Source: a virus (Duplodnaviria; Caudoviricetes). From it: DNA of 25,972 nucleotides. The notes under the pieces are model-generated. The model did no database searches, was not told the origin of the DNA, and worked only from the letters and a program-made list of their open reading frames with translations. The stretch covers positions 1 to 25,972 of the IMG/VR virus record IMGVR_UViG_3300030330_002475; one strand, 5' to 3'. Below, piece by piece: positions 23,419 through 25,972 of this stretch. The stretch's first letter is position 1; every line of letters starts with the position of its first letter. The position numbers and the translations under genes are program-made.

Positions 23419-24591
23419 ATGGCAGGAATAAGTTTTGAAGAATATGTAAACGCATATTATGGTGGTACTCTAGGAATCTCTAAGAGATATGGTATCGCAA
23501 AAGACGACACAGTGACCAGCACAGACCCTGCTGGAGCATTCAACACTATGTTCGGAGCAAAAGTATTCAATCAGTTGAATACCAAGTCAGAAGTTTTTAA
23601 ACTTTTGAAGAAAGAAGCATGGACACAATCAGGATTCAGAATCATGACTGGAAGGCACAGCACAACTGCTGGTGTATCCGAAGGTGGAGATTTCCCAGCT
23701 ACTGAAAAACCAGACATTGAAGAATTGACTCTTACACTAAAAGAAATAGTTACACCATGGGAAATGACTTCTAAAGCAGAAATGTTGTCAGAAGCAGACG
23801 ATGGATTGGGCAACTTACTAGCATTTATGCGCAGAGAACAAGGAGAAGCACACTCTTTTGCTATTGACCAGATGTTGTTAAAAACATATGAAGCAGATGG
23901 TGACGGCTCAGCAAGTCCTTCTGGTGCAGGAACTGCTGGAGTTAACATGGAATCTTTAGACCGTGTTACAGCATCTCATACATACTGTGGTAACTCAAAC
24001 TCCGCTGGTGGAGACAATGCAGCATACGGTAAATTATACGACAAAAACGCAGGAGATTCTGGATTTGCAGAGTGGACTGCTGGAAAGACTGACTTTAACT
24101 CTACAGACGGAAACAACCGTGACTTAGAATTAAATATGTTAGATGATATGATTTCAGCGTTGTTAGAAAAAGGTGTTAACTACAACAGTTTAATTATGTT
24201 GATGGGATATGATACATATCAACAACTAAAAGGTAAAATGCAACAAACAAATGCAGCTTACAGCTTTGGCCTAAATGCAGGTGGAGCAGGCAGTCAGAAC
24301 GGAGTTACTGGAGAAGCTGGTTTGAACTTTGATTCACGAGTTGGAGCATACGATGGAATACCAATTTTCCTATCACAACACGTACCAAAAGACAGTGGAG
24401 GCGCAGGAAGAATTTACTTCTTGGATATGGACCACTTGGCAGTTCGTGTAGCAGCACCAACAACCTATGTTGACAACACTAACTTGGCTATTAGACAAAA
24501 ACTAAGCAGAGAATATGCATTCATAACTGCTGGTGAATTAGTCTGTTACAGAAGAAACACTCAAGGCAGTATCAGAGACTTGAACCTTTAG
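23419..24591 (+). CDS. Major capsid protein, HK97 fold, Magrovirus/halovirus-like
   Basis: YYG...K-D...G.KV..QLN...F..L.K..W..SG.R..T N-terminal signature; VSEGG; GAYDGIPIF; QGSIRDL end; SD GGAGG. Confidence 0.92.
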   Translation: MAGISFEEYVNAYYGGTLGISKRYGIAKDDTVTSTDPAGAFNTMFGAKVFNQLNTKSEVFKLLKKEAWTQSGFRIMTGRHSTTAGVSEGGDFPATEKPDIEELTLTLKEIVTPWEMTSKAEMLSEADDGLGNLLAFMRREQGEAHSFAIDQMLLKTYEADGDGSASPSGAGTAGVNMESLDRVTASHTYCGNSNSAGGDNAAYGKLYDKNAGDSGFAEWTAGKTDFNSTDGNNRDLELNMLDDMISALLEKGVNYNSLIMLMGYDTYQQLKGKMQQTNAAYSFGLNAGGAGSQNGVTGEAGLNFDSRVGAYDGIPIFLSQHVPKDSGGAGRIYFLDMDHLAVRVAAPTTYVDNTNLAIRQKLSREYAFITAGELVCYRRNTQGSIRDLNL

Positions 24592-24612
24592 AGTGGTTGG
24601 AGGACTAATTAA

Positions 24613-24906
24613 ATGGTCAAAGTTACCAACACTACTAACAAGTTCGTTTATCGCAGGTTACCTCGTGGGGGCTACGTCGATTGGCCGCCCAAAGGGACAG
24701 TTGATGTCACAAGCAAAAGGTTACTACAAGAACTTAAAGGTCGCGGATTTGTCATTCACAAAGATGTTGGTCCCAAAGTTGGAGGTGGGGTTAAGACGCA
24801 CGTCAAAACTCCTAAACCTAGGGGCCGACCTTCTAAAACAAAAGCCAAAAAAGAAGTAGCTAAGTCTAAGAAAGGTCTTAAGAAGACAAAGGGTAAGGCT
24901 GACTAA
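24613..24906 (+). CDS. Small basic protein with AT-hook-like motif
   Basis: SD GGAGG. KPRGRPSK followed by a Lys-rich tail. Confidence 0.7.
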   Translation: MVKVTNTTNKFVYRRLPRGGYVDWPPKGTVDVTSKRLLQELKGRGFVIHKDVGPKVGGGVKTHVKTPKPRGRPSKTKAKKEVAKSKKGLKKTKGKAD

Positions 24907-25334
24907 TGCCAAACACTGTAACGACAAAGAAACTTACGAGTGCGGTACAAGTCAGAGAAGTAACAAACGCAGCAAACGTATCTGTATTAGCAAGTAGTGG
25001 CAATTTTGCTACACTTATAGATGCAGTAGATGTAAGGGTGTTTGATAAAGTCACTATACAGGTAAGGAACGCACACGATACTAGTACTCCTAAGGTAAGA
25101 GTGTTTGGTACTTTGTTTCCTAATCCTGGTTCTACACCTACGGCAACTAATCCAGCAGATTCTGCTTGGGTACAGATTGGAGATGACATAGATATTGGAG
25201 CTTCTACAGGAGCAATTAAGTCTATATCTACAACTGCATTGAAACAAATCTGTGTAGTAATAAGAGACCAAGGCTCAAACACACAAACATTCCCAGCAGG
25301 CGATTGTGTAGTGTTTTGTCAGGGGACCATTTAG
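24906..25334 (+). CDS. Putative capsid decoration/spike-base protein
   Basis: 142-aa beta-rich virion-type protein downstream of MCP; TAATG coupling. Confidence 0.5.
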   Translation: MPNTVTTKKLTSAVQVREVTNAANVSVLASSGNFATLIDAVDVRVFDKVTIQVRNAHDTSTPKVRVFGTLFPNPGSTPTATNPADSAWVQIGDDIDIGASTGAIKSISTTALKQICVVIRDQGSNTQTFPAGDCVVFCQGTI

Positions 25335-25337
25335 TGA

Positions 25338-25388
25338 ATGGCTACTCCTATATACTCTGAAATTGTCTTAGTAAGTGAGGTGGCCTAA
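25338..25388 (+). CDS. Possible 16-aa micropeptide
   Basis: MATPIYSEIVLVSEVA exactly fills the gap and is TAATG-coupled to the next gene. Confidence 0.35.
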   Translation: MATPIYSEIVLVSEVA

Positions 25389-25972
25389 TGGCTGTAGTTA
25401 CTTGGACAGGTTCGGTTTCTACAACATACTCTACAGATGGTAACTGGGACACAGGCTCAGTACCTGGTGATGGAGACGATGTAGTAATACCAGATACATC
25501 AAGTATAAATGCTTGTAATGTAGATAGTAATGACTCTTGTAATTCTCTTACGGTCTCAAGTAACGGAGAGATTGGTTCTGACAATGGAAGTAAGTTAGCA
25601 ATACTAGGTGAGGCAGACGGCACTGGAGCTACAACAAATGGATTTGCAGTTAATATTGATGGTGTAATTACAAACAATGGCGGAACAAGCTTAGATTTAG
25701 ACATAAGAACACCAGCAGCAACGACAGTAGATTTGTATGCACAAGGAGGTGGAAAGCTTCGTAACGTTATAATTAATCACGCAAGTTGCGTTGCTACACT
25801 TGGTGCTTTAATTGACATAACTGGAGACCTTACAATAACGGCAGGAGAGTTAAACACCAATTCAGGAAGTAATTATGCAGTTACAGTAGCAGGAAGAACA
25901 GACATAGGGCCAGGAAGTGGTGGTGCAGACCAAGCAACGTTAACTTGTAATGCTTCCACAGTAAGTTTAGGT
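25388..25972 (+). CDS. Beta-helix/G8-like adhesin or head fibre, 3'-truncated (not in ORF track)
   Basis: MAVVTWTGSVSTTYSTDGNWDTGSVPGDGDDVVIP..., SD GAGGTG, open to the window end. Confidence 0.75.
   Translation, partial: MAVVTWTGSVSTTYSTDGNWDTGSVPGDGDDVVIPDTSSINACNVDSNDSCNSLTVSSNGEIGSDNGSKLAILGEADGTGATTNGFAVNIDGVITNNGGTSLDLDIRTPAATTVDLYAQGGGKLRNVIINHASCVATLGALIDITGDLTITAGELNTNSGSNYAVTVAGRTDIGPGSGGADQATLTCNASTVSLG

Noticed and set aside
24593-24859. 88-aa alternative-frame ORF overlapping the post-MCP gene
   Set aside because: The 24613 frame has the GGAGG SD and couples to the next gene. This frame has no supporting signal.
226-25704. Numerous minus-strand ORFs antisense to structural and packaging genes (e.g. 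2466-2819, 3860-4321, 13355-13774, 15437-15889, 19583-19984, 20952-21359, 23571-23948, 25348-25704)
   Set aside because: Shadow frames fully overlapping well-supported + strand genes, without promoters, SD sites or recognisable motifs.

Overview
The window is most of a small tailed archaeal virus genome (Caudoviricetes, HK97-type head, probably a short non-contractile tail). The likely host is a marine euryarchaeote such as Poseidoniales/MGII; this is inferred from a Magrovirus/halovirus-like MCP, leaderless TATA promoters and GGAGG/GAGGTG SD sites. Layout: neck and tail genes (1-8278); a host-type replication origin made of two inverted ORB boxes around an 86-bp AT-rich spacer (8279-8416); about 5 kb of tiny early genes dense in TATA boxes (8562-13180); a probable packaging or genome-end signal with an abrupt G-skew switch (about 13228-13300); TerS, small ORFs and TerL; then portal, prohead protease, scaffold, MCP and decoration/fibre genes running off the right end. 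No polymerase, helicase, primase, Orc1/Cdc6, integrase, tRNA or CRISPR array is visible. Two observations stand out. First, a virus that appears to lack replication genes carries a chromosome-style ORB-DUE-ORB origin. Second, the prohead protease has a roughly 520-aa tail of basic modules separated by putative Lys cleavage sites and a repeated LD(E/D)I helix, suggesting a self-processed capsid-cargo polyprotein. Family assignments come from motif recognition and gene order, not database searches.
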